A DNA stretch of 42,330 bases. Origin: a virus (Duplodnaviria; Caudoviricetes). Under the pieces are notes generated by a model. That model had not been told where the DNA came from. It searched no databases and saw only the letters and a program-made list of their open reading frames with translations. Each line of letters opens with the position of its first letter. Within the stretch, counting starts at the first letter, position 1. Location of the stretch: positions 1-42,330 of IMG/VR virus record IMGVR_UViG_3300031787_000267, one strand, 5' to 3'. A program made the position numbers and the translations under genes. Positions 8,586 through 16,020 of the stretch are shown piece after piece.

Positions 8586-8759
8586 GTCTTTGATCCGGTT
8601 GGGAAAATTCTGGTAGGCGCGATTGGACTCGAACCTAGTTGTGCGTATGATACATGGGCACACAGGGGTTCACAAGGGCATGACAGCACTGGGAATGTGC
8701 GATAGTCACCACTAACCTATTCCCCTCAGTTCCCCGAATTCATCCCAAGATTCATCCCA
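8540..8759. other. attP: arm repeats, IHF-like site and tRNA-Val 3'-end core
   Basis: GAATTCATCCCA at 8540, 8552 and 8736 plus AGATTCATCCCA at 8748; core 8611-8635 reverse-complements to GGTTCGAGTCCAATCGCGCCTACCA; ATCAA-N4-TTA on the minus strand at 8583-8594. Confidence 0.88.
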
Positions 8760-8786
8760 AAAAAGACCCCGGCACCAGGCCGGGGT
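8759..8786 (-). terminator. Rho-independent terminator of the late operon
   Basis: 8-bp stem ACCCCGGC/GCCGGGGT (8766-8786) followed on the minus strand by a U-run (A6 at 8759-8764). Confidence 0.8.
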
Positions 8787-8851
8787 AAATCTAGACTTGG
8801 GATAGAGTGGCGGAGGAGATCGCCCCCAGAGCCTAGACGTTGCGGCGAAAC

Positions 8852-9328
8852 CTATTTGCCCTTCATTGCTTGGTACTGGGCGAGGCACTGCTTGAGGGAG
8901 ATGCGGAGCTCATCTGCTCGGGCAGCCTCCCCTGCAAGAAATTGCGCATCCTCTCGAGGAAGTCCTGCTCCAGTACAGCTGGCGGCGGAGCCTCCAGCGC
9001 CGGCGGCACCGGGCACGGCACCGCTCGCGGCGGCGGCGCGCTCTTTCCTGTCGCGCACGCTGTTAGTAAGAGCGGCAGCCCTAGCATTAAGATCACGGAT
9101 CTCACGGTCCTTTTCCTTTCTCAGTAGATCAGCGGAGCGCTGCAGCTCCTGCTCCTTCTCACGCGCAGCCGCCTGCGCGGCCGCGTACTCGGCTTCCTGC
9201 TTGGCGCGCTCTTGGTCCCACTGCTGCTGCACAGTGGCTTGGCCTGCGCTGTCACCGCGCCAGTACCCGGCACTGAACGCACCAGACACCGCCAGCACAA
9301 AGCCGACGACAAGCCAAGGGTTCATCAT
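8852..9328 (-). CDS. Rz: i-spanin (Rz-like)
   Basis: N-terminal TM, coiled coil and C-terminal Cys; contains an embedded lipoprotein gene. Confidence 0.85.
   Translation of the reverse strand: MMNPWLVVGFVLAVSGAFSAGYWRGDSAGQATVQQQWDQERAKQEAEYAAAQAAAREKEQELQRSADLLRKEKDREIRDLNARAAALTNSVRDRKERAAAASGAVPGAAGAGGSAASCTGAGLPREDAQFLAGEAARADELRISLKQCLAQYQAMKGK
8863..9105 (-). CDS. Rz1: o-spanin (Rz1-like lipoprotein), fully embedded in Rz
   Basis: Signal peptide with lipobox LTAC, Pro-rich mature part, alternative frame inside the i-spanin gene. Confidence 0.8.
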   Translation of the reverse strand: MRSVILMLGLPLLLTACATGKSAPPPRAVPCPVPPALEAPPPAVLEQDFLERMRNFLQGRLPEQMSSASPSSSASPSTKQ

Positions 9329-9522
9329 GGCTTCTGCCCAGGCACGGACTTACCTTCGAGTTTCTTGTGGACCTTGATGGTCTTGCACACCTCCATGTCC
9401 TTACCCTTGACCTTCTCGGTGCGGCACACCTTCTTCATCTCGCCACCAGCGTGCGCGCTGAACGCCAACGTAAGGCTCGCCACGACAGTTGCGAGCATGC
9501 GAATCCACAGCAGTTTTTCCAT
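9325..9522 (-). CDS. Small secreted basic protein
   Basis: Signal peptide ending AFSAHA; mature part Lys-rich with two Cys. Confidence 0.7.
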   Translation of the reverse strand: MEKLLWIRMLATVVASLTLAFSAHAGGEMKKVCRTEKVKGKDMEVCKTIKVHKKLEGKSVPGQKP

Positions 9523-9531
9523 GACGGCCTC

Positions 9532-10026
9532 CTAGATCTCTGGTTCAGGTGCGGGCGGGGGTGCCTTCTTGCCACCGTAGCCCACGGTCACCGGTGGCGG
9601 CTCAGTAATTGGATCGAGCACTGGCTCGCGTCGCGGCGCAGCCGCGGGCACTGTGTTTACTTGCTCGGGAACGGGTGCGGCCACTTTGCCGGCCTGCGCA
9701 GATTGATCTTTGAACGCAGACATCGTGGACTTCATTGCGTCCATCTCGCCTGCGTTGGTGCCGTTCAACATGATCCCGGACAGAATCCCGCAAAGAAACG
9801 ATGCGACCGGGATGATCACCTCAAAGAATTTCTGATCGATCGGCGCAATGGCCTTGAGTGGCTGGGTCACGAAAATGACCGAGTACAGAATCGTGAAGAT
9901 GATGCCCATGAGTGTGAGCGTTAAGCACACACCAATGAACACCTTGAGCCTAGCCATCAGCTCCTCGGTTGAATACATCCTGCCTTCGTCGATCAAGCGA
10001 CTAGCGAGTTTATTTAGCACAGTCAA
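9532..10026 (-). CDS. Two-TM membrane protein in the lysis cassette (holin candidate)
   Basis: Two hydrophobic helices and a Pro-rich tail; holin function is inference. Confidence 0.7.
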   Translation of the reverse strand: MTVLNKLASRLIDEGRMYSTEELMARLKVFIGVCLTLTLMGIIFTILYSVIFVTQPLKAIAPIDQKFFEVIIPVASFLCGILSGIMLNGTNAGEMDAMKSTMSAFKDQSAQAGKVAAPVPEQVNTVPAAAPRREPVLDPITEPPPVTVGYGGKKAPPPAPEPEI

Positions 10027-10222
10027 TTTTTTGCTCCTTGTTCACCTGCAGTTCCATTGACTTCTGCCCGTTGAACACATGCTCTGGGCAGTCCTGGTTG
10101 ACCTCACACAGTGGCTTTTGGCACTGCTTGCTTTCCCAGTTGTCTGGGTTTTGGCAGGCGTACCTGTAGCGCTGCTCGCAGGCAGTTAGCAGCAGCACCA
10201 GCGCTATCAGTAGCGCGCGCAT
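10010..10222 (-). CDS. Cys-rich lipoprotein
   Basis: MRALLIALVLLLTAC lipobox followed by RYRYACQNP..C..P.C...C; start 10222 overlaps the endolysin stop. Confidence 0.75.
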   Translation of the reverse strand: MRALLIALVLLLTACEQRYRYACQNPDNWESKQCQKPLCEVNQDCPEHVFNGQKSMELQVNKEQKIDCAK

Positions 10223-10875
10223 CAGTGCGCTCCCTGCATCACAGACAGCGCGTGGTTGTAGTGCTTGATGCGATCGTCGAGCCCGATGTAGCCGCCATTG
10301 ATTCGACGCGTGAGCTCCTTGATGTCTCCGGCATCGGCCCAGGTGTTCAACTTGTTGGTTTCCCAGAACCAGCAAGCGCTCTGCGCAGCTCCTTCGAACG
10401 TGGCCAGATATGCCGGCACGTCGTTGATATTCATCTCGACCGAGTCGGCAAAAGCCTGGTAGTTCGCACGGCCTGTGAGCTGGATTAACCCGCGCCCGAT
10501 CCAGCGAGCGGGGTCGCCCGACGCTTCGCTGCCGTTGCCCATCCGGTTGGCGTAGACACGGTTGGCAATCGCTTCCTGTTTGTTGGGTTTAGCGCAGTAT
10601 GCTGCGGCAATCGCATCACTGTCGAAATACTTAGAGAAGATCTTGCGCAGCGTCGCAGGCTTGTAGTTGAGATTCTCTTTGAGCACCATAAAGCCGCCGC
10701 TCTCATGCGCACACTGCGCGATGAACGCTGCAATACGTCGCGGCGTGTTGATGTCGTACTCATCGAGCAGCGTAGCGCCGCCCAGCTCCTGCTGCGGTTG
10801 CGCCATGGCTTCGTGCCACTCGGCGACATAGGGATTTTTCGGCAGCAGCTGCCGCAGTTGCGCAAAGGTGATCAT
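10222..10875 (-). CDS. Endolysin, glycoside hydrolase family 19
   Basis: AAFIAQCAHESGGF, ENLNY, GRGLIQLTGRANY, SACWFW and INGG motifs. Confidence 0.93.
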   Translation of the reverse strand: MITFAQLRQLLPKNPYVAEWHEAMAQPQQELGGATLLDEYDINTPRRIAAFIAQCAHESGGFMVLKENLNYKPATLRKIFSKYFDSDAIAAAYCAKPNKQEAIANRVYANRMGNGSEASGDPARWIGRGLIQLTGRANYQAFADSVEMNINDVPAYLATFEGAAQSACWFWETNKLNTWADAGDIKELTRRINGGYIGLDDRIKHYNHALSVMQGAH

Positions 10876-11177
10876 TGTTTGTACATCCTTTCTTCAAGTA
10901 TCTCGCGTCGCAATTGCCTCATCTTCTTAACCTCATGCACCGCAGCTTGCGTGGCAAAGTGTAGGTCGTACAGCATATAACCAATGATTGGCATGACGAT
11001 AAAGAAGCAAAGCAGCACCGCCATTACAGTGATCAGTAATGACCAAGGGATGTCCTCATCATCGCGCTTCTTGTCGTTAGCCACATTATTAGAACTCCCC
11101 AAAGAATTACGAAAACGGCCGCTGAAATCCATGTTGCCTTGGCCCTGACCTCCTCCATTCTTTTTCTGCGTCGCCAT
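10872..11177 (-). CDS. Single-TM membrane protein (start uncertain)
   Basis: TM LLITVMAVLLCFFIVMPIIGYML; stop overlaps the endolysin start; 5' end overlaps the upstream gene. Confidence 0.6.
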   Translation of the reverse strand: MATQKKNGGGQGQGNMDFSGRFRNSLGSSNNVANDKKRDDEDIPWSLLITVMAVLLCFFIVMPIIGYMLYDLHFATQAAVHEVKKMRQLRREILEERMYKQ

Positions 11178-11728
11178 CTCGCCATCTGAATCAGTCTAAG
11201 TTCTTCTGCGTGTGCCGCTTCCTGCTCGGCCACGATCGTTTCCCACATCTCGGAGAACTTACCCCAAAGTGACCCTAATTCTGGGGGGCTCCGGAACACC
11301 ATGGTTTCGCGTATCTCTGCCAGCATGGCATCCAGGCGTGTCGTGATGATGATTCGACGCAGCGCTCGGCGGCCAATGCTTTCCTCGCCTTTGTAAACCT
11401 TCTTGCCCTCCATCTGCTCGGCCAACAGCGCCTTGCTCAGTGCGTCATAACTGTCCATCAACACGCCCAACTGATTACCGATCTCGGTATACACATCATT
11501 TGGGTCAGCCTTGGCAATCTCCTGGACGCGCTGCACCTCGGCGTTAAATTTTTGCTTCTGCTCAACTGTCGGATTGCCACCTGTTACCTTATCGAACTGC
11601 TCCCGCAAATCCCTCAATACTTCTGATACTTCGCCGCTTGCCCCCTTAATATCGCGGTAAAGCTGGCAGCCTTTCTTTACCGCCGCGACCGCGGCGTTTG
11701 CAGCAGCAAGTAGCGTTAGCGGATCCAC
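11033..11728 (-). CDS. Hypothetical helical protein with C-terminal TM
   Basis: 231 aa; hydrophobic N-terminus MDPLTLLAAA, coiled coil, C-terminal TM. Confidence 0.75.
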   Translation of the reverse strand: MDPLTLLAAANAAVAAVKKGCQLYRDIKGASGEVSEVLRDLREQFDKVTGGNPTVEQKQKFNAEVQRVQEIAKADPNDVYTEIGNQLGVLMDSYDALSKALLAEQMEGKKVYKGEESIGRRALRRIIITTRLDAMLAEIRETMVFRSPPELGSLWGKFSEMWETIVAEQEAAHAEELRLIQMARWRRRKRMEEVRAKATWISAAVFVILWGVLIMWLTTRSAMMRTSLGHY

Positions 11729-11731
11729 ACA

Positions 11732-12010
11732 TCAGGCTACATGCAGACTTCTTTTGAGTTGCAAGATCTCCTGGTGCAGCTGCTCATTCCTTTCCTCGCA
11801 TAATCGATTCTGTTCTTCAACCGCAGCTAGGCGCACAGCCATTCGCTCGACCTCTTCGCGCAGCGTCTTGATCACTTGCTGGATGGCCTCGTCGTGCAAA
11901 GCCGCTACCGTATCCTCGCGCCGGTCTTTCTTGACCATTCGTAAGACGCCATAAGCCGCCGCACCAAAAGCAGCAATACCTGCCGCTATCTTTGTGATCA
12001 TGTCATCCAC
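11732..12010 (-). CDS. N-terminal TM plus coiled-coil protein (holin/antiholin candidate)
   Basis: IAAGIAAFGAAAYGVL TM then heptad-rich region; first gene of the lysis block. Confidence 0.65.
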   Translation of the reverse strand: MDDMITKIAAGIAAFGAAAYGVLRMVKKDRREDTVAALHDEAIQQVIKTLREEVERMAVRLAAVEEQNRLCEERNEQLHQEILQLKRSLHVA

Positions 12011-12051
12011 CTCAACAACCCTTTCTCATCACGTTACGGTTTGCGCATCAC

Positions 12052-12204
12052 TCAGGGCGCCGGATCATCTGCTGGCAATGGTTCGTTGCCTTCATCGAGC
12101 CACTTCAAATAGGCTTGGTAGTCCGTGTTCGCGGGATCGAAGGGGATGAAGGCGTTGTCTGATAGACGCTGTACTGTCTGGTTGTGCTGAATAAGTTTGT
12201 ACAT
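12052..12204 (-). CDS. Small tail-fibre-associated chaperone-like protein, 50 aa (not in ORF track)
   Basis: MYKLIQHNQTVQRLSDNAFIPFDPANTDYQAYLKWLDEGNEPLPADDPAP; the IP.DP.N.DY..YL.W...GN.P motif typically follows fibre genes; starts directly after the fibre stop. Confidence 0.8.
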   Translation of the reverse strand: MYKLIQHNQTVQRLSDNAFIPFDPANTDYQAYLKWLDEGNEPLPADDPAP

Positions 12205-13350
12205 TTAAAGCTCCGCAGAAGCAAACCAACTTCCAAACACGATTCCGGCGCCAACGGCTAACGCGCCGCCACTATTGTTTTGAATACTAAATTGAGAGTC
12301 ATAAATTCCGCCAGCGGCGGCTGAATTAGCCCCATAATCTATCCCACCATTATTAGAAAAACGTCCTCCGTTGGTTGCTGTTGTAAATGGGTATGTCACA
12401 ACAGTTGGTGCTGCTCGTTTTGTTACTTTATACGGTATTGTTAAATACCAACTTCCATTAGAAATGCTTGATTGCATGTTCCCGTAAAAAGTAGCTATTG
12501 TGTTTGTAAAAATTGCGGTGTCTATATTTACGCTTTTTTCAAAATACCGCTGACACAACTGCAACTCCGTACCATACGGCCTGTAATCAAAGCTCGTCGC
12601 TGTGCTGCCTTTTTCTAGTTGTACGCCGGTGATGTAGAAGGTTGCGCCGTTGGTTCCGACTACGTTGACTGAACCTGTTGCACCAATAAAGTTACCCGCT
12701 ACCCACGCCCCTGCTGTTGTTGCAAAAGTAGAACCAGCGCCAAGATTGAAAGACACAAACATACCCGCGCCATTACCTGTTTGCCAAGTTCCAGATGTAT
12801 CGCCAGCAATAGTTATTGTTTTTTGTTCCCATGTATTAGCGGAGGATACTGAGAAGCTAAAGACATAACTTCTATTTGCCGCACCATTTCGCAAACTGCC
12901 GGAGTGTGTTCCTGTTAATGATGAGCGAATCCAAAATGACAAAGTAACAGTTTGGGCGTTAGCAGTTCCCCAACCGAGATCAGCAATGTTAAAGCCTTCA
13001 ATTGTTTGGTTGAAATTGAAGTAATCCGAAGTTAAAACAGAATATGCGGACGATGACGTTGCCCCTAGATAATTTGTAAACCCTGCTGGCGGCGTTACCG
13101 ACCCTGCGTTTTGTTGTACTGTAAGTTTGCTATTTTGAGAAACAATCGTAGAAGTACGGTCTACAGCAAAAGCCTGTGCTGATGTTGTCGGCGTAACACT
13201 CGCACCAGCATTACGCTGATCGATCCGCATATCGCCATTGATGATGCGGTTCTTAAACGCCGGTGTCTGGTTCCGTAAGTCGGCAGAGAGTTTTGCTGAA
13301 GTGACAGAGTTGTCCTCAAACATTCCTGTCGGTATCTGTGTCAATGGCAT
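12205..13350 (-). CDS. Distal tail fibre / receptor-binding protein
   Basis: FKNRIING..IDQR, TLSFW, ITGVQLEKG..T.F..R.Y..ELQLCQRY motifs; beta-rich; AT-rich C-terminus. Confidence 0.8.
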   Translation of the reverse strand: MPLTQIPTGMFEDNSVTSAKLSADLRNQTPAFKNRIINGDMRIDQRNAGASVTPTTSAQAFAVDRTSTIVSQNSKLTVQQNAGSVTPPAGFTNYLGATSSSAYSVLTSDYFNFNQTIEGFNIADLGWGTANAQTVTLSFWIRSSLTGTHSGSLRNGAANRSYVFSFSVSSANTWEQKTITIAGDTSGTWQTGNGAGMFVSFNLGAGSTFATTAGAWVAGNFIGATGSVNVVGTNGATFYITGVQLEKGSTATSFDYRPYGTELQLCQRYFEKSVNIDTAIFTNTIATFYGNMQSSISNGSWYLTIPYKVTKRAAPTVVTYPFTTATNGGRFSNNGGIDYGANSAAAGGIYDSQFSIQNNSGGALAVGAGIVFGSWFASAEL

Positions 13351-13367
13351 TTGCCGTACCTACCTTT

Positions 13368-13946
13368 CTATTGAATATCCTGAGCGAAGTTAAAGTTCAA
13401 AACGCAACGCTGTCCAGAAGTAGGGAACTCTGATGAGTGGAAAAGATCAGCGTCAAAATAAACAAGCGTACCCTTCGTCGGCTTAAATCGCATCCGCTCA
13501 GAAAACTGAAACCCGTTAAGTTTTAACGCATCGTATTTGTCAAAGAAGATAGTGTCGCCATCAGCGTCGTTGACATAATATATTGCGGTAATCGTCTTCG
13601 GCCTACTCGTATCTATGTGCGGTGGCTTGAATCCAGACTCTCCAATGGGGAAAGTAACATTCGCTTTTAGCCGCTCAATATGCTCGGTGCGAATACCCTC
13701 TTTCGCCATTAATGCAAAAGCAATGGGAAGTACCAACGACATCCGGTCAGAATGCAATGCCCCCTGATCGACAAACGTATGGACAAACTGGAAGCCATCT
13801 TGCATACCGTCTGCCGGGAAGCAAGTCTCGTAATTTGGCTCAGAGGTAAATGGCAAATAGAACCAAGGGAACTCACGGCCAAGCATGGTCGACTCAAGAT
13901 GATCTTGGTATTGCGGCGACAGGAAATTCTCGACGACGTTGATCAT
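13368..13946 (-). CDS. 2OG-Fe(II) oxygenase
   Basis: PHID (HxD), TAIYYVND.DG.T, FD..FHSS (distal His) and RCVLNFNF (2OG-binding Arg). Confidence 0.88.
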   Translation of the reverse strand: MINVVENFLSPQYQDHLESTMLGREFPWFYLPFTSEPNYETCFPADGMQDGFQFVHTFVDQGALHSDRMSLVLPIAFALMAKEGIRTEHIERLKANVTFPIGESGFKPPHIDTSRPKTITAIYYVNDADGDTIFFDKYDALKLNGFQFSERMRFKPTKGTLVYFDADLFHSSEFPTSGQRCVLNFNFAQDIQ

Positions 13947-14371
13947 TGCGCCCTCGCCGCTGTTGCCACAATCATGTCAGCGCCGCATTGCTGCTCAAGC
14001 AGGTTTGCGCCTTCAATCATTTGCAAATCGTGAAGCGTTTTGTTGTCGACCAAAACATGCGACCCGTCGCGCATGGCGATCTTGTTTCCGCAGAACCAGC
14101 AGAAAGGCCGGTTTGCATTGCAGAACAGCCAAGACAGATACTCTGCTTCTTTGCCAATGACGCCGACGACATCGTCACGCGAGACTTTGATGCCAGCGTC
14201 AAAAAACGTCGTGCCGTAGATGCTGTGAAACAGCCCGGCATTGCAGACTGTTTCAGAGCACCGGCACAGACGCAAGATGTCCTCGACACCATGCAGGTGG
14301 TCCACGAACGTGCGGCCGCTATGCGGCACACGATCAAGGTCTAGTGATTGAATGAACTCACGGGGCGTCAT
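13943..14371 (-). CDS. HD-like metalloprotein (DUF6817-like)
   Basis: PHSGRTFVDHL..V..IL....AGLFHSIYGT..F...R..V..IG.EAE.L..LFC; start 14371 from the ATGA overlap. Confidence 0.75.
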   Translation of the reverse strand: MTPREFIQSLDLDRVPHSGRTFVDHLHGVEDILRLCRCSETVCNAGLFHSIYGTTFFDAGIKVSRDDVVGVIGKEAEYLSWLFCNANRPFCWFCGNKIAMRDGSHVLVDNKTLHDLQMIEGANLLEQQCGADMIVATAARAQ

Positions 14372-14748
14372 ACATAATCTTCCGGGTACTCGATCCAGCG
14401 GTTCTGCAGCTGGTCCCACTTGTACCGCTTGCCATCATTCGGAATTTCCACCGGCGGGATCCATGTGCAAGTCGCATCATCAAGCACCCAGTTCTCGTAC
14501 TCTTTTGGCGGTATGAATGCGTCGCGAATTGCGTTGTAGGTGTAACCGATACCAGCGTAGTTCTTTCGGAACGGCGTGCCGCCCGATTTGTGCTGGCCGG
14601 CTTCAGTGTTGTAAGACGTGCGCTTGCAGGTCTGACCAGTCACCGCACCGTAGTGCGCTTCCCAATCGACGCCGTCTTCGCCCTCGTCTTTGCCAACAAA
14701 GACTTCAGTCACGACATTGTTTTCATCAAGCAAAGCGTAATGTGCCAT
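14368..14748 (-). CDS. Tail-fibre-associated protein
   Basis: MAHYALLDENNVV..TSYN..RKNYAGIGYTY..RDAFIPP..W..P...Y.W pattern that follows Gly-rich fibre genes. Confidence 0.75.
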   Translation of the reverse strand: MAHYALLDENNVVTEVFVGKDEGEDGVDWEAHYGAVTGQTCKRTSYNTEAGQHKSGGTPFRKNYAGIGYTYNAIRDAFIPPKEYENWVLDDATCTWIPPVEIPNDGKRYKWDQLQNRWIEYPEDYV

Positions 14749-14752
14749 TAGA

Positions 14753-15664
14753 TCACCATGTAATAGAGCCAAGACCGCCAGTGAATCGGTAAATCCTAAA
14801 CCCCGACCTAGTAGTCGTATCTAGCGTATAGGTGAGGCCAGCATCAATTGTCGCCAGATTGCTAATCGTGCTTGAGTACGCGATGACAACAACGCCCGAA
14901 CCGCCAGCAGATCCATTTGCCCCACCGCCGTTCCATTGACCACTTCCACCGCCACCACCGCCAAGGTTGGCCGTGCCAGCCGTGCCAGTCGATCCGTAAG
15001 GGCCGCCGCCTCTGCCGCCGCCGCCATTACCGCCAAGATCTCCTTGCGCACCAGAGCTGTTTGCGCCACCGCCACCACCGCCTGCATAAAAAGTTGCCGT
15101 GCCGGTTATTGAATTTTGAATGCCGACACCGCCTGCAGTTGTACCGACTGCTCCTGCGCCACCGCCACCGCCAGCAGTACCGCCATTCCCGTTGCCGCCA
15201 TTAAAACCTTGCCCAGATGTTCCAAGCCCAGCAAATTGGCCGTACAGATTGCTGCCGCCGCCAGACCCGCCTGATCCAGCACCAATACTGGTCGGGCCAT
15301 TAGAGCCACCGCCACCACCAAACGCTCGGAACGGGCCTAGTACAGAATCGCCTCCATTGGTCGGCGAAGTGCCACCACCGCCACCAGCGCCGACACGCAC
15401 AGAATAAGAAACGCCGGTTTTGAATGGCGCTGTGCCGGCCAGCAGGCCGCCACCGCCACCACCACCCGACGCCCCGCCGTCGCCAACCGAACGGCCACCA
15501 CCGCCACCACCCGCAACAACCAGGTACTCGATCATGTTTCCGGTTGGCGGCCATTTAGAACTCTGGCCATACTGTTGCACGTCGGAAAGTGACCAGACGC
15601 CTTTTGTGCTGTTGATTGTTGGCTCGCTCAGATTGCCAATCACACCACCATTGCCGCGTCGCAT
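14753..15664 (-). CDS. Glycine-rich tail-associated protein
   Basis: YLVVAGGGGGG, YAGGGGGG and GGSGVVVIAY glycine-rich domain. Confidence 0.8.
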   Translation of the reverse strand: MRRGNGGVIGNLSEPTINSTKGVWSLSDVQQYGQSSKWPPTGNMIEYLVVAGGGGGGRSVGDGGASGGGGGGGLLAGTAPFKTGVSYSVRVGAGGGGGTSPTNGGDSVLGPFRAFGGGGGSNGPTSIGAGSGGSGGGSNLYGQFAGLGTSGQGFNGGNGNGGTAGGGGGAGAVGTTAGGVGIQNSITGTATFYAGGGGGGANSSGAQGDLGGNGGGGRGGGPYGSTGTAGTANLGGGGGGSGQWNGGGANGSAGGSGVVVIAYSSTISNLATIDAGLTYTLDTTTRSGFRIYRFTGGLGSITW

Positions 15665-16017
15665 TAGCTTATTTCCTCAAAAGACGCGACAGCCTCAAGT
15701 TTGCTAGCCGTGTTCGCGGTTAAGCGCAAACTGTCGCCTTCCTCCAAATAGATCGACTTACTCAAAACATCGATTGTCGAATTCACCGGCACCGGCATCT
15801 GAAATGCCATCCGATAAGCAGTCGAGCTGCGGAACAAATCCACTGTAAGTAAAAAGTTCGATGATGCGTCAACATTCGAAACGTACAAGGCATTTACCTT
15901 GAATACCTTGTTGCTCGATCCTGGGTTGCTGACAATTGCTGTGGCGCTAGTGCCGACTAGCTGAACTGTAGTTTTGCCAGTAATTGTCGCAACTGCGACG
16001 ACGTTAGGTGCGGCCAT
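15664..16017 (-). CDS. Small beta-rich tail-associated protein
   Basis: Directly follows the fibre gene; TAATG coupling to the Gly-rich gene. Confidence 0.7.
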   Translation of the reverse strand: MAAPNVVAVATITGKTTVQLVGTSATAIVSNPGSSNKVFKVNALYVSNVDASSNFLLTVDLFRSSTAYRMAFQMPVPVNSTIDVLSKSIYLEEGDSLRLTANTASKLEAVASFEEIS

Positions 16018-16020
16018 GAT

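Noticed and set aside
8611-8635. tRNA gene
   Set aside because: Only the T-arm and acceptor 3' strand are present; there is no D- or anticodon arm, so it is an att core.
11150-11177. Programmed frameshift joining the two overlapping membrane genes
   Set aside because: The run is GAAAAAG (five A) and does not form an in-frame X XXY YYZ slippery heptamer.
14753-15664. Collagen-like protein or DNA microsatellite
   Set aside because: The Gly runs are not Gly-X-Y periodic; the CCA/CCG repeats simply encode poly-Gly.
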